From the NCBI GenBank assembly GCA_965228895.1, contig OZ245842.1, positions 1,856,001 through 1,920,000 of the forward strand: a stretch of DNA of 64,000 bases, in the 5' to 3' direction. The notes beneath the pieces were generated by a model. That model did not search any database, was not told where the DNA came from, and saw only the letters and a program-made list of their open reading frames with translations. Positions 1-9,036 of the stretch are shown one piece after another. The position numbers were made by a program, and so were the translations under genes. The DNA is from Alphaproteobacteria bacterium (GTDB lineage: Bacteria; Pseudomonadota; Alphaproteobacteria; SP197). Every line of letters starts with the position of its first letter. The stretch's first letter is position 1.

Positions 1-2
1 CC

Positions 3-752
3 ATTACCGCCGCCGTCCTGATCATCGGCAACGAAATCCTGTCGGGCCGCACCCAGGACGCCAACCTGGCTTATCTGGGCAAAAGCCTGAATGAGATCGG
101 CATTCAGCTCAAAGAGGCCCGCGTCGTGAGCGACGACGAGGCCGAGATCGTCGACGCGGTCAACGCGTTGCGGGCGCGCTACGACTATGTCTTCACCACG
201 GGCGGGATCGGGCCGACCCATGACGACATCACGGCCGACAGCGTCGCCAAGGCGTTTGGCGTTGGCATCGATTACCACCCGGAAGTCTATGAGGTCCTGA
301 AAGCCAACTTTGAAAGCCGTGGCATGGAAGTGAACGAGGCGCGCATGCGTATGGCGCGTGTTCCCGACGGCGCCAAGTTGATCGACAACACGGTGAGCCT
401 GGCGCCGGGATTCGAGATCGAGAACGTCTTTGTGCTGGCCGGCGTGCCGTCGATCGCACGCGCCATGTTCGATGGCGCCAAGAACCGACTGCGGCGCGGT
501 GCGACGGTGTTGTCGCGATCGATCCGGGTCCATGTCGGGGAGGGGACGGTGGCGGCCGACTTGGCCGAAGCGCAGGCCGTGTTCCCCGATGTCGATATGG
601 GCAGCTATCCCTGGTCGGAAGACGGCAAGTACGGCACCAGCCTGGTCCTTCGGTCAATCGACCGGGAACGCCTTGACCTTGCTTTCGATCACGTCTTCAA
701 GCTGACCGAGGCGCTTGGCGGCAAGCCCCACGAGGAACCGGTCGCCGACTAA
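3..752 (+). CDS. CinA-like competence/damage-inducible, molybdopterin-binding domain protein (5' partial)
   Basis: Frame is open from the window edge (ITAAVLIIGNEILSGRTQDAN). It has TTGGIGPTHDDIT and LAGVPSI motifs of the MoCF_biosynth/CinA family. Confidence 0.9.
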   Translation: MTAAVLIIGNEILSGRTQDANLAYLGKSLNEIGIQLKEARVVSDDEAEIVDAVNALRARYDYVFTTGGIGPTHDDITADSVAKAFGVGIDYHPEVYEVLKANFESRGMEVNEARMRMARVPDGAKLIDNTVSLAPGFEIENVFVLAGVPSIARAMFDGAKNRLRRGATVLSRSIRVHVGEGTVAADLAEAQAVFPDVDMGSYPWSEDGKYGTSLVLRSIDRERLDLAFDHVFKLTEALGGKPHEEPVAD

Positions 753-836
753 GCACGGTCGGATTATTCTGCGTGTCGGGCGTGTCGGCGCGCATCTCGG
801 CTTGCCTTGTCGAGGCTGCCACTCTATTCGTTGGTC

Positions 837-1256
837 ATGGCCCGTCGATTCACAACCCGGCGTTTTCGCAAGCTAGGCGCGTGGCTCGCCATCGTCGCGA
901 TGGCCGCTCATGTCGGCCTTGCCGCGATGTCGGGTATTGCCATGGCGGCCATGCCCGACAGCGAGACACCGGACGATTGGCCGTTCGGCGCTTTCGTCAT
1001 CTGTACGCCCGACGGTGTCCAGCTCGGCGGATCGGCTGATGCCGATTCATCGTCGCAGGCAAACCCGGGCGATCATTGCGGCAGCTGCATTACGGCCTGC
1101 TGCGCCGGGATGGGCTGTGAACGTGCCGGTGGTGCGCTGGTGCTGCGCCAACCGCTGGGCCATGCGGTCGCCGGTTGGCCGGCCGTTGGCCGGCATCTCG
1201 CAAAACCCGCCCCGACTGCGATCCTCGGCAGTCGCGGACCGCCGCTCTCCGCTTAA
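837..1256 (+). CDS. DUF2946-family protein (CruR-like leader ORF)
   Basis: N-terminal hydrophobic helix, FVICTPDG, HCGSC (CxxC) and C-terminal SRGPP; lies directly upstream of a copper chaperone. ATG at 837 preferred over TTG at 807. Confidence 0.8.
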   Translation: MARRFTTRRFRKLGAWLAIVAMAAHVGLAAMSGIAMAAMPDSETPDDWPFGAFVICTPDGVQLGGSADADSSSQANPGDHCGSCITACCAGMGCERAGGALVLRQPLGHAVAGWPAVGRHLAKPAPTAILGSRGPPLSA

Positions 1257-1336
1257 GAAACCTAGCGACCTTATGTGCGCCGCCGGGCTTTTCAAGGCCA
1301 AGGTGACGGCGCCTGGACTCTCTGCGGAGTTAAGTC

Positions 1337-1855
1337 ATGTACAAGTCTGTTGTGCGAGGCGCAGCCGTCGCCGCACTCATCCTGACGTACACTGGCGGCG
1401 CGCTCGCCATCGTTTTTTTCGCCTTGCCCGCTTCGGCCCACGACTATGAGCATGGCGACCTCACGATCATGCACCCGGTGGCGCGCCCCTCCATGGGGGC
1501 GGCCGCCAACAGCGCAGTCTATCTGACCATCGAGAACGCGGGCGAGGACGATCGCCTGGTTGCCGTGTCGAGCGATGTCGCTGAACGCGTCGAATTGCAC
1601 ACGACGATCATGGAAGACGGCGTTTTAAAGATGCAAGAAGTGGAGGAGGGCATCGCCGTTCCCGCCGATGACAAGGCGATGCTCGAGACCGGCGGCCACC
1701 ACGTCATGCTGATGGGGCTGGCCGAGCCGTTACGGGTCGATGACAGTTTCGTGCTGACGTTGGAGTTCGAGAACGCCGGTCCGATCGAGATCGAGGTGAT
1801 TGTGGTTCACCCCGAGGAACTGGGCGAAACCATGCATATGGAGAGCCATGATTAA
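1337..1855 (+). CDS. Periplasmic copper chaperone PCu(A)C
   Basis: Signal peptide ending ASA-HDY; ELHTTIMEDGVLKM and GGHHVMLMGL Cu(I)-binding motifs; His/Met-rich C-terminus. Confidence 0.92.
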   Translation: MYKSVVRGAAVAALILTYTGGALAIVFFALPASAHDYEHGDLTIMHPVARPSMGAAANSAVYLTIENAGEDDRLVAVSSDVAERVELHTTIMEDGVLKMQEVEEGIAVPADDKAMLETGGHHVMLMGLAEPLRVDDSFVLTLEFENAGPIEIEVIVVHPEELGETMHMESHD

Positions 1856-2071
1856 CCACGGCGGAGCGGGTTAAGCCCAGGCGCACAATCGTGTCGCTGG
1901 AGTTTGGCGCACTGTTCAAGCCGGGGCAGAGGGGGCTTCTTGATCAGAAAGTGGGCACACGCTGTCGACGCTGACACAACCTAGGCGGACAATGTCGGGC
2001 TGATTGACCAGTATCGTTCCCATGCTGGAGGGCCTACCTTTCGCCGGATGGCGAACAGGAGTTAGGCCAGG

Positions 2072-2881
2072 ATGTCAGTTGCGCACGCCCAGTTCGTTGG
2101 TTCGATCCCAGAAAAGTATGAGGAGAACCTCGGTCCGCTGCTCTTCCACTTTTATGCCGAAGATTTAGCCAGCCGGGTCGCGGTCGGCCAGAACGGCAGG
2201 GTGCTGGAGACAGCCTGCGGCACGGGTATCTCGACCGAGTTCCTGCGTCGAGCGCTGCCGGACAGCGTCAAGATCGTGGCCACTGACCTCAACGAGCCCA
2301 TGCTTGAGGTTGCGCGGGCAAAACGCCGCGAACTGAACAACGTCGTGTTCGAAGAAGCGAATGCGTTGGCGTTACCTTATGACGACGCATCCTTCGATGT
2401 GCTCTTGTGCCAGTTCGGACTCATGTTTTTCCCGGACAAACTGGCCGGGCTTCGGGAAGCCGCCCGCGTCCTTAAGCCGAAAGGTCAGTTGTTGTTTAAT
2501 GTATGGGATTCACTCGATTGGAATCCTATTGCCCAAATCGCCTTCGAGACGATCGCGACGTTCTTTGACGAAGACCCACCGACCTTCATGAAGACCCCGT
2601 TTGGCTGCCACGACATCGACCCCATCAAGGGCATGCTTCACGACGTGGGCTTCGCCGATGTGCAGATCAACGTCATACGGACGGTAAGCGAAACGCCGTC
2701 GGCCAGGCATGCCGCGGAGGGGCTGGTCACTGGCAATCCGAACATTGTGGAAATCCAAGACCGCGCGTCTGCGCCGCTTGAAGAGGTGATCGGCGCGGTC
2801 ACGGATGCGGTGCGGAAAGAGTTCGGCGACGACCCGATGCGCGCGCCGATGCAAGCGATCGTTTTTTCGACGTTTCGATAA
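2072..2881 (+). CDS. Class I SAM-dependent methyltransferase (UbiE-like)
   Basis: VLETACGTG, LPYDDASFD, CQFGLMFFPD, LKPKG motifs; AGGAG RBS upstream. Confidence 0.88.
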   Translation: MSVAHAQFVGSIPEKYEENLGPLLFHFYAEDLASRVAVGQNGRVLETACGTGISTEFLRRALPDSVKIVATDLNEPMLEVARAKRRELNNVVFEEANALALPYDDASFDVLLCQFGLMFFPDKLAGLREAARVLKPKGQLLFNVWDSLDWNPIAQIAFETIATFFDEDPPTFMKTPFGCHDIDPIKGMLHDVGFADVQINVIRTVSETPSARHAAEGLVTGNPNIVEIQDRASAPLEEVIGAVTDAVRKEFGDDPMRAPMQAIVFSTFR

Positions 2882-3005
2882 GGCTGAGCGGCCCGTGCAT
2901 TTGGCTCCTCTGAGATAACTGTAGCCGTCACCGCAGCGTCCAGACCGGTTTCACGAGCGGATACAGAAAACGCCGGTCCGACCTCGCTGTTCGTGGGTGC
3001 GCCCC

Positions 3006-3473
3006 CTAGAAAATGCCCGCCTCCAGGCCCGCGGCCATCAGCGTGCCGAGCTCTTCGCATTGACCGACGAACGCCTCCTGAAAGTCGCCCTTCAGGACCA
3101 GCGGCTCGTTGACCGCGCGCCATCGCAGGCCGGTCGTGATGGTGTCGATGGCGCGCCTTGTGCCCGTACCGTCGTGGCCGGCGCGGATGTAGGCGGCATA
3201 GGGCAGGCCCTGGGTTTCCTCCAGGCAGGGGTAATAGCAGCGGTCGAAGAAATCCTTCAGGGCGCCGCTCATGTAACCGAGGTTCTCGGTCGTTCCCAGA
3301 ACGATCGCACTGGCCGATTTGACGTCGTCGGGCATGGTTTCGAATGGCGTCTGACCCTTTATCGCGATCCCTTCTGCCTCCAGCGACCGGGCGCCGGCCA
3401 TCACCGCCTCGAACAGCCGTGTCGTGTTGGGCGAGGGGATGTGGGCGATGACCAGCAGCGTCTTGGCGGTCAT
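3006..3473 (-). CDS. Flavodoxin-family protein
   Basis: [24 protein letters not shown] and AGHDGTG motifs; overlaps the upstream gene by 4 nt. Confidence 0.85.
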   Translation of the reverse strand: MTAKTLLVIAHIPSPNTTRLFEAVMAGARSLEAEGIAIKGQTPFETMPDDVKSASAIVLGTTENLGYMSGALKDFFDRCYYPCLEETQGLPYAAYIRAGHDGTGTRRAIDTITTGLRWRAVNEPLVLKGDFQEAFVGQCEELGTLMAAGLEAGIF

Positions 3474-4222
3474 GGCGCCTTGCTCGCGTGCAGGTCGATC
3501 TCCCAGCTTGCGGCATCGCGCAGATAGGCTTCGGGGTCGTGGGCCCTCAATTCATAGACCTCGCGCAGCGGCCGGCAATCGTCCAGCAACTGACGCAGCT
3601 TGCCGACGGCGCTGGCATCGTAGTCGACCCTGAGATCCAGCACGGCCGAACGGCCGCCGCCATAGACGAACGGGTCGGCGTCAGCCCGGAATACACGGAC
3701 AAAGGCCGAGAGTTCGGGTTCATGATGGCCCTCGTTATTGGCCTGGCCGCCGGCATCGCGGCCGCCTTCAAGGGCGCGCACCAACCGTTCGGCGAGCGGT
3801 TCATCGGGTGCGGCGGCAAAACCCGCGGCCATGCCCGCGACCACGTCGGGCCCGGCCAGCATGTTGCCGAAAACCAGAAAACCGTCGCCGGTCACATGCC
3901 CTTTCCAGTCAGACGCCTTGTCGCCGGTGTAAACAAAGCTGCCGCCGTCTTTCGCCAGGACGCCGAGCTGTCGATAGGCGAGGTGCGGGTCAAGCCGGGC
4001 GAGCGCCGGTTCCAGGTCGCTGATCGGCGCGCCGGCGGCCAGCAGATCGCCGGCCTCGAAACCGAGGCCGGGCCTTGCGACGGCCTGGGAGGCGACCATC
4101 CACTCGTTCGCGCCGGCCCGCACCCACTGGCCGAGCCTGGCGCCGACCGCGATCGATACGGTGGCCGATGCGATGCCGATTTCACCGGTCGTTCGGCAGG
4201 TTCCTAAGACAGTGAACGTCAT
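3470..4222 (-). CDS. DUF1028 (Ntn-hydrolase-like) protein
   Basis: [14 protein letters not shown] start, [21 protein letters not shown] and DLRVDY motifs. Start trimmed to ATG at 4222. Confidence 0.85.
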   Translation of the reverse strand: MTFTVLGTCRTTGEIGIASATVSIAVGARLGQWVRAGANEWMVASQAVARPGLGFEAGDLLAAGAPISDLEPALARLDPHLAYRQLGVLAKDGGSFVYTGDKASDWKGHVTGDGFLVFGNMLAGPDVVAGMAAGFAAAPDEPLAERLVRALEGGRDAGGQANNEGHHEPELSAFVRVFRADADPFVYGGGRSAVLDLRVDYDASAVGKLRQLLDDCRPLREVYELRAHDPEAYLRDAASWEIDLHASKAP

Positions 4223-4304
4223 GGCGTCGGGCTCCGCGATCCTGTTCCCAGCCAGCCTATCATGGCCGGCCCAAACATGCGGAAGAGCGCGGCACTTGCC
4301 ACGG

Positions 4305-4337
4305 AAAAGGCCCGGACCCACGGAAATGGGCCCGGGC
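4305..4337 (-). terminator. Intrinsic terminator-like hairpin
   Basis: Minus strand reads GCCCGGGCCCA-TTTCCG-TGGGTCCGGGC followed by CTTTT. Confidence 0.6.
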
Positions 4338-4492
4338 AAGTGGAGGATTGGTACTCACGCCAACCGCCTCGGTCAGCGCTGTCCTTTTTAGCGGGGTTGA
4401 GCTTTGCGGTCGCGGGCAACAAAGCCCAAGGGCTGCACTTTGGAGTTAGCCGAGCTGATCTTTTGAATCCTGTCGTGGGGCCCAGCGGATCC

Positions 4493-4942
4493 TCAGACGC
4501 CGCACTTTTCCTTGATCAGCTTCAAGATGATGCGTTCGACAAAGAGATCCTGTTCGTTCTGTATTTCGCCATTCGCGTAGCGCTCGCGCAGGTCATCGAG
4601 CCGTTCAGAGAAGTGGTAGTAACCGCCGTCGCGGTCGTCGACCGAGCCGGAGAAGTACTCGCCTACGCAGTTGGCCTTCTGGTTGTCGTGTTTGACGTTG
4701 TTGAAATAGTAGATCATCTCGAAAACCGTCGTTGTGACGACCTCGATCTGCTGTTCCGACGACATCTGCTCATATTCCGGCAGGGGCGTCATGAAAAGCG
4801 CCCGCGCCGGCGTTGCCGCGAGGCCCAGCGCCAGGACCAACAGTCCGGCGGTGAGGGCGCGGGGCACCCAGGTGTGGCGGATTGTGCTGGGGTCACCCGA
4901 TGTGGACGCGGGAGGCCCGCTGTCCGGCAGAAAATGGCGCAT
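4493..4942 (-). CDS. Hypothetical secreted protein
   Basis: Signal peptide ALTAGLLVLALGLAATPARA and an acidic helical mature part with two Cys. True start may be GTG near 4867. Confidence 0.65.
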   Translation of the reverse strand: MRHFLPDSGPPASTSGDPSTIRHTWVPRALTAGLLVLALGLAATPARALFMTPLPEYEQMSSEQQIEVVTTTVFEMIYYFNNVKHDNQKANCVGEYFSGSVDDRDGGYYHFSERLDDLRERYANGEIQNEQDLFVERIILKLIKEKCGV

Positions 4943-5192
4943 CGTCAGGGATTACCGTCTGGGTTCTGTTGCCTGGATGTGTTGTCGCCGCCTTTTCGGT
5001 GCAAGGCGTCGCGCGAGTTTATCCCAAAGCCAGTCGCGACCAAACAGCTCATGGGTGGATGTTGCCGTTCTCATGAGGTTATGCCGGCATCACTTTTCGT
5101 TCGCGATCAAGAGGTTAGGGCGCGCGCCGCCGCTTTTGGCATAGCTTGCCACAGGCAGCCGCCGCCGCGGCGCTTCCGGGGAACGGAAACAA

Positions 5193-5209
5193 CAGAAACA
5201 ATAATTCTG
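5193..5209. promoter_or_regulatory. Dyad CAGAA-N7-TTCTG, candidate regulator site upstream of the DUF1127 gene
   Basis: Perfect 5-bp inverted repeat in an AT-rich patch of a divergent intergenic region. Confidence 0.35.
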
Positions 5210-5324
5210 GATTCCTGTTGTCGCCCAGAAACCTTGGCTGCCTATCTCTTTGCCTTGACGCCCGGGCGTACCCGCCCGGCAACGGTATCCGGCGCCGCCT
5301 GAGCGCCGCGCCAAGGAGGAAACG

Positions 5325-5633
5325 ATGTCGTACATGACCGAGAAGTACGGGACGGATGGACCTGTCTCCGCCGTCTCGGATGCACGGGCCGAGCATGGCT
5401 ATGCCCGTATCGAAGGAACCGTTCATACGTTGGTTGCGGCCTATGCGGTGGTGGCGCGCGTGATCGAACCGGTTATCGGCTGGCTCGATCGCAGCCAGCG
5501 CGCCCGCAAGACGGCCCATGTCCTGCGCGGCCTCTCCGACCACCAGCTTGCCGATATCGGCCTGGCCCGCGACGAGATCAGCCTGGTATCGCGTGATTGC
5601 GCCGCCGAACGCGTCGGCAGCCGCAACACCTGA
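5325..5633 (+). CDS. DUF1127 domain small protein
   Basis: LRGLSDHQLADIGLARDEI signature; strong AGGAGG RBS. Confidence 0.88.
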   Translation: MSYMTEKYGTDGPVSAVSDARAEHGYARIEGTVHTLVAAYAVVARVIEPVIGWLDRSQRARKTAHVLRGLSDHQLADIGLARDEISLVSRDCAAERVGSRNT

Positions 5634-5706
5634 CGCCCATTGGGCCTGACGCCCCGATCTTCGGGCCGCGTCCCAAGCCCCGATCCCGAGCAGCACCGGG
5701 ACGGGC

Positions 5707-5728
5707 AGGGTCGCGGCCCTTTTTCTTT
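5707..5728 (+). terminator. Short intrinsic terminator after the DUF1127 gene
   Basis: AGGGT-CGCG-GCCCT followed by TTTTCTTT. Confidence 0.45.
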
Positions 5729-5790
5729 GCCAGGCGCTCAGAGGAATTGTCTGTTGCGTTCGTCGCCCAAGTGGCCGAAATGAGAGGCGT

Positions 5791-5877
5791 GCCCGCTTGG
5801 CGGAACTGGTAGACGCAACGGACTTAAAATCCGTTGTCCTTCGGGACGTGGGGGTTCAAGTCCCTCAGCGGGCACCA
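5791..5877 (+). tRNA. tRNA-Leu (anticodon TAA)
   Basis: Acceptor stem GCCCGCT/AGCGGGC, D-loop TGGTAGAC, anticodon arm ACGGA-CTTAAAA-TCCGT, long variable arm, GGTTCAAGTCC T-arm, encoded CCA. Confidence 0.97.
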
Positions 5878-5939
5878 TCTCGCGATGACGTACCTGGCAG
5901 ACGCAAGGGGCTTTATGCTCCCAAATTCTCCACCGCTGA

Positions 5940-7277
5940 TCAGTTGAAGGTGAAGCCCCGCGGGATCATCCGGTGCTCATAGGCCTGCCTCTCCAGGCCC
6001 TCGCGGAAATCCGGATGCGCGATGCCGATCAGGGCCCGTGCGCGCTCCGGCACCGACTTGCCCTTCAGGTTCACGATGCCATACTCGGTCACCACATACA
6101 TCATGTCCGCCCGGGTGGTGGTGACGATATTGCCCTCGGTCAGGTTGAACACGATCCGGCTACGCCGGTCGCCCCGCTTGTCGTAGGTCGACGGCAGACA
6201 GATGAACGATTTGCCGCCTTCCGACGCATAGGCACCCCGTACGAACTGTGCCTGCCCGCCCGTGCCGGTCAGATGCCGGTTGCCGTCGGACTCCGAGGCC
6301 GCCTGTCCCGTCAGGTCCACCTGGGTCGTGCTGTTGATCGCCACGGCCCGCGGGTTCTGCATGATCCGGCTGGGCGCGTTCGTGTAGTCGACGGGGTAAC
6401 AAAGCATGTCGCGATTGCGGTCGAGCGTGTCGTAGAGCGCCCGCGAGCCGGCCGCGAAGGTATAGGCGATCTTGCCGGGATCGACCTTCTTGCGCGCGCC
6501 CGTGATCAGCCCGGCGCGATACAGTTCCGCCATCCCGTCCGTCATCATTTCCGTATGCACGCCCAGATCCTTGATGCCTGCGTTCACCAGCATCCCGCAC
6601 ACCGCGTCCGGCATGCCCCCGATGCCGATCTGCAGGCAGGCGCCATCCTCGATCTCGCCAATGATGTGCCGCGCCACCGCGCTGTCGAGTTCCGTCGGCA
6701 CCGGGTTCGGCAATTCGGGGATCGGCGCGTTGTCGCCCTCGATGATGTAGTCGACCTCCGACAGATGGATACCGGTGTCTTGCCCGAACACATGCGGGAG
6801 CGTCGTGTTGGTCTCGACGATCACCATGCGGGCCCGCTCGACCACGGCGCGGAACCACACATTGGTCGGCCCCACATTGAAGAACTCGTCCTCGAGCGGC
6901 CGCGTCTTGATGATCAGGATATCCACCGGATCGATGAACCGGCGGTAATAGTCCGGCCCGTCGCCGAGATTGAGCGGCGTGTAGCTGCACCGCCCGCTGT
7001 CATGCAGCTTGCGGTCATAGCCGCTCAGATGAAGGTTCAACAGGTGGACATGTTTGCCCTCGGGGTCGTTCTCCGCGATCGCGCGCGGCCGCATCGACAG
7101 CGTGCTGCGGACCTTCAGGTCGGACAGCTCGGTAATCCGGTCACCCAGTGCACGGTCGAACACCTCGGGCTGGTTCAGCGTCGCGTAGTAGTCGAGCCAC
7201 ATGCCCGAGCGGACGAGGCCAGCGGCCTCGACGGCCGATATCGTCTTAGCCGGGCTGGCGGCTTGGCGCATTTTCAT
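5940..7277 (-). CDS. Acetyl-CoA hydrolase / 4-hydroxybutyrate CoA-transferase family protein
   Basis: LQIGIGGMP, LGVHTEM, GTGGQ, VVTEYG and IAHPDFRE motifs; AGGA RBS before ATG 7277. Confidence 0.92.
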   Translation of the reverse strand: MKMRQAASPAKTISAVEAAGLVRSGMWLDYYATLNQPEVFDRALGDRITELSDLKVRSTLSMRPRAIAENDPEGKHVHLLNLHLSGYDRKLHDSGRCSYTPLNLGDGPDYYRRFIDPVDILIIKTRPLEDEFFNVGPTNVWFRAVVERARMVIVETNTTLPHVFGQDTGIHLSEVDYIIEGDNAPIPELPNPVPTELDSAVARHIIGEIEDGACLQIGIGGMPDAVCGMLVNAGIKDLGVHTEMMTDGMAELYRAGLITGARKKVDPGKIAYTFAAGSRALYDTLDRNRDMLCYPVDYTNAPSRIMQNPRAVAINSTTQVDLTGQAASESDGNRHLTGTGGQAQFVRGAYASEGGKSFICLPSTYDKRGDRRSRIVFNLTEGNIVTTTRADMMYVVTEYGIVNLKGKSVPERARALIGIAHPDFREGLERQAYEHRMIPRGFTFN

Positions 7278-7559
7278 GGTCGGTTCCTGGCGTCTGTCGA
7301 TCGGGCTCAACCGGGAATTGCCATGTCGGCTCCCGCCAAGCCCGTTGAGCATGGCTCCGGGCCGCTGGACGGTCAACCTGTCCGCGTTCGCGGACCGGCT
7401 CGACGGTCTTTATCGCGATATCGAGTCAGGTTGGTCCGGTTTGCGCAACGGCTTCGCGCGGGATAATTGCCTGGAAGGATCGCTGAACGGCGGTGTGAGG
7501 ATTGAAACACGGCGAGAAACCGGCATTCTTGCCGAACACGTCCACGCGATAGGTGCCTC

Positions 7560-8051
7560 ATGATATCCGAGCAGCAAATTCGGGAAGTGTCCGAAATGTA
7601 CCAGGGCGAGGTCTACGGCGAGGCGTTCTATTGCGCCCTGCTGCCCCTGTTCGACACCCCACTTCAGAAGCACCTGATCGGCTCACTGCTTCAACTCGAA
7701 ACCGAGAACAAGGCGCGACTGCGCCAGATCGTCTTCGAGCACGGCGGCGATATCGTCGAGAGCGACGCAAGCCGCAACGATGCCCGGGACTTCATTCGCC
7801 AGGTCGAGCACATGAGCTGGACCGAAGCAACGGCCTACATGGTGGCGGCCAGCGTGGAGTTCCAGGACCGCTATCGCGAGATCGTCAAGACGGCGCCGGA
7901 TGTGTTCAAACCGGTCCTCAGCGACATGATCGAACACGAGGACCTGATCATCGCCGCCATGAGACTCGCGTCCGAAGGCAAGGACCAAGAGGCCATCGAC
8001 CTGGTGGCCGGCCAGTTAATGTTACCTCTCCCCAAGCCTGCGGCGGCCTAA
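7560..8051 (+). CDS. Hypothetical protein, possible ferritin-like four-helix bundle
   Basis: All-helical acidic protein with GEVYGE, LETE and EHE carboxylate/His spacing; AGGT RBS. Confidence 0.65.
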   Translation: MISEQQIREVSEMYQGEVYGEAFYCALLPLFDTPLQKHLIGSLLQLETENKARLRQIVFEHGGDIVESDASRNDARDFIRQVEHMSWTEATAYMVAASVEFQDRYREIVKTAPDVFKPVLSDMIEHEDLIIAAMRLASEGKDQEAIDLVAGQLMLPLPKPAAA

Positions 8052-8194
8052 CCTCAGACGGAACTTACGAGCGTGGACGTCGCGCAGCTTCGGTCAGGGC
8101 GTATGTACGACCGTCCGGGTTCTGGTAGGTACGGTTGCCCGAAGCGGAGGCGTGCTTCGAACCTTGGGGGCACAATGCAAACAGGAGCGACGGA

Positions 8195-8611
8195 ATGCTG
8201 AGCTACATCAGGGTTGGTTCCAATGATGTCGCGCTCTCGGGGCGTTTCTACACGGCCATCCTGACCCCGCTCGGTTACAGGAAGAAGGACGTGCCGAACG
8301 GTGTCGAATTCACCTTTCCGGACGTGCCCGGCCGGTCCGGCGGACCCGCCGCGGTTTACGTGGCGAAGCCATTCGACGGGAAGCAGGCGACCGTCGGCAA
8401 CGGCTCTATGACGGCCTTCCAAGCCGAAACGCATGAGATGGTCCGGAACGTTCACGCCGCTGGCCTTCAGGCGGGCGGCGCCGACGAGGGCGCTCCGGGC
8501 TTCCGGGCCGACTACAGCGATCACTTCTATGTCGGCTATCTCCGCGATCCCCTAGGCAACAAGGTCGCGATCTTCTGCGCGAACCCAGCAGAGGGAGCGC
8601 GGGGCCGCTGA
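8195..8611 (+). CDS. VOC/glyoxalase family protein
   Basis: MLSYIRVGSND, PFDG..ATVGNG, DEGAPGFR and YLRDPLGNKV motifs. Confidence 0.9.
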   Translation: MLSYIRVGSNDVALSGRFYTAILTPLGYRKKDVPNGVEFTFPDVPGRSGGPAAVYVAKPFDGKQATVGNGSMTAFQAETHEMVRNVHAAGLQAGGADEGAPGFRADYSDHFYVGYLRDPLGNKVAIFCANPAEGARGR

Positions 8612-9036
8612 ACGCAGCCTTGGTACTGCGCCCCGCTGCGTTTGCCGGTGGCGCAGCACACCTCGATCACCCGAGCCAAGTGTGCCATCGCTAACCTGCG
8701 CCAACCCTCAATGCCTGCCGCGGTTCAAATTGAGCGAGAGGCGCAGGAGTGCAAGCCCTTTGCGGTTTCGTTATCTGGGACGATCATCTACTGCGCATAC
8801 GACGGTCGCCCGCAAGAGGGCCGTCTGGCCACAGCCGCGATCACGATGAACTGGGCGCCTTTGGTCGTCTGATCGGCTCTCGCGAGCCTGCGAAGGTGAA
8901 TGGAACAAGACCACCTTATTGACCAGGCACTGTCGCCCCAATCTATACGTTTATCGAGTTGACTCGACTATTGTGTCAGCGCAATGATGTTGCCGCGCGA
9001 TGCGATTGCCCAGCCCTGAACACTCGAAGGTTTGCC

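Noticed and set aside
5136-5150. Sigma-54 promoter TGGCATAGCTTGC
   Set aside because: GG-to-GC spacing is 8 nt instead of the required 10.
5634-5728. Cuckoo/CcsR sRNA repeats after DUF1127
   Set aside because: No CCTCCTCCC loop motifs are present.
8612-9036. Small ORF 8642-8872 or integrase remnant in the islet spacer
   Set aside because: No RBS, no recombinase motifs and nothing recognisable by eye.
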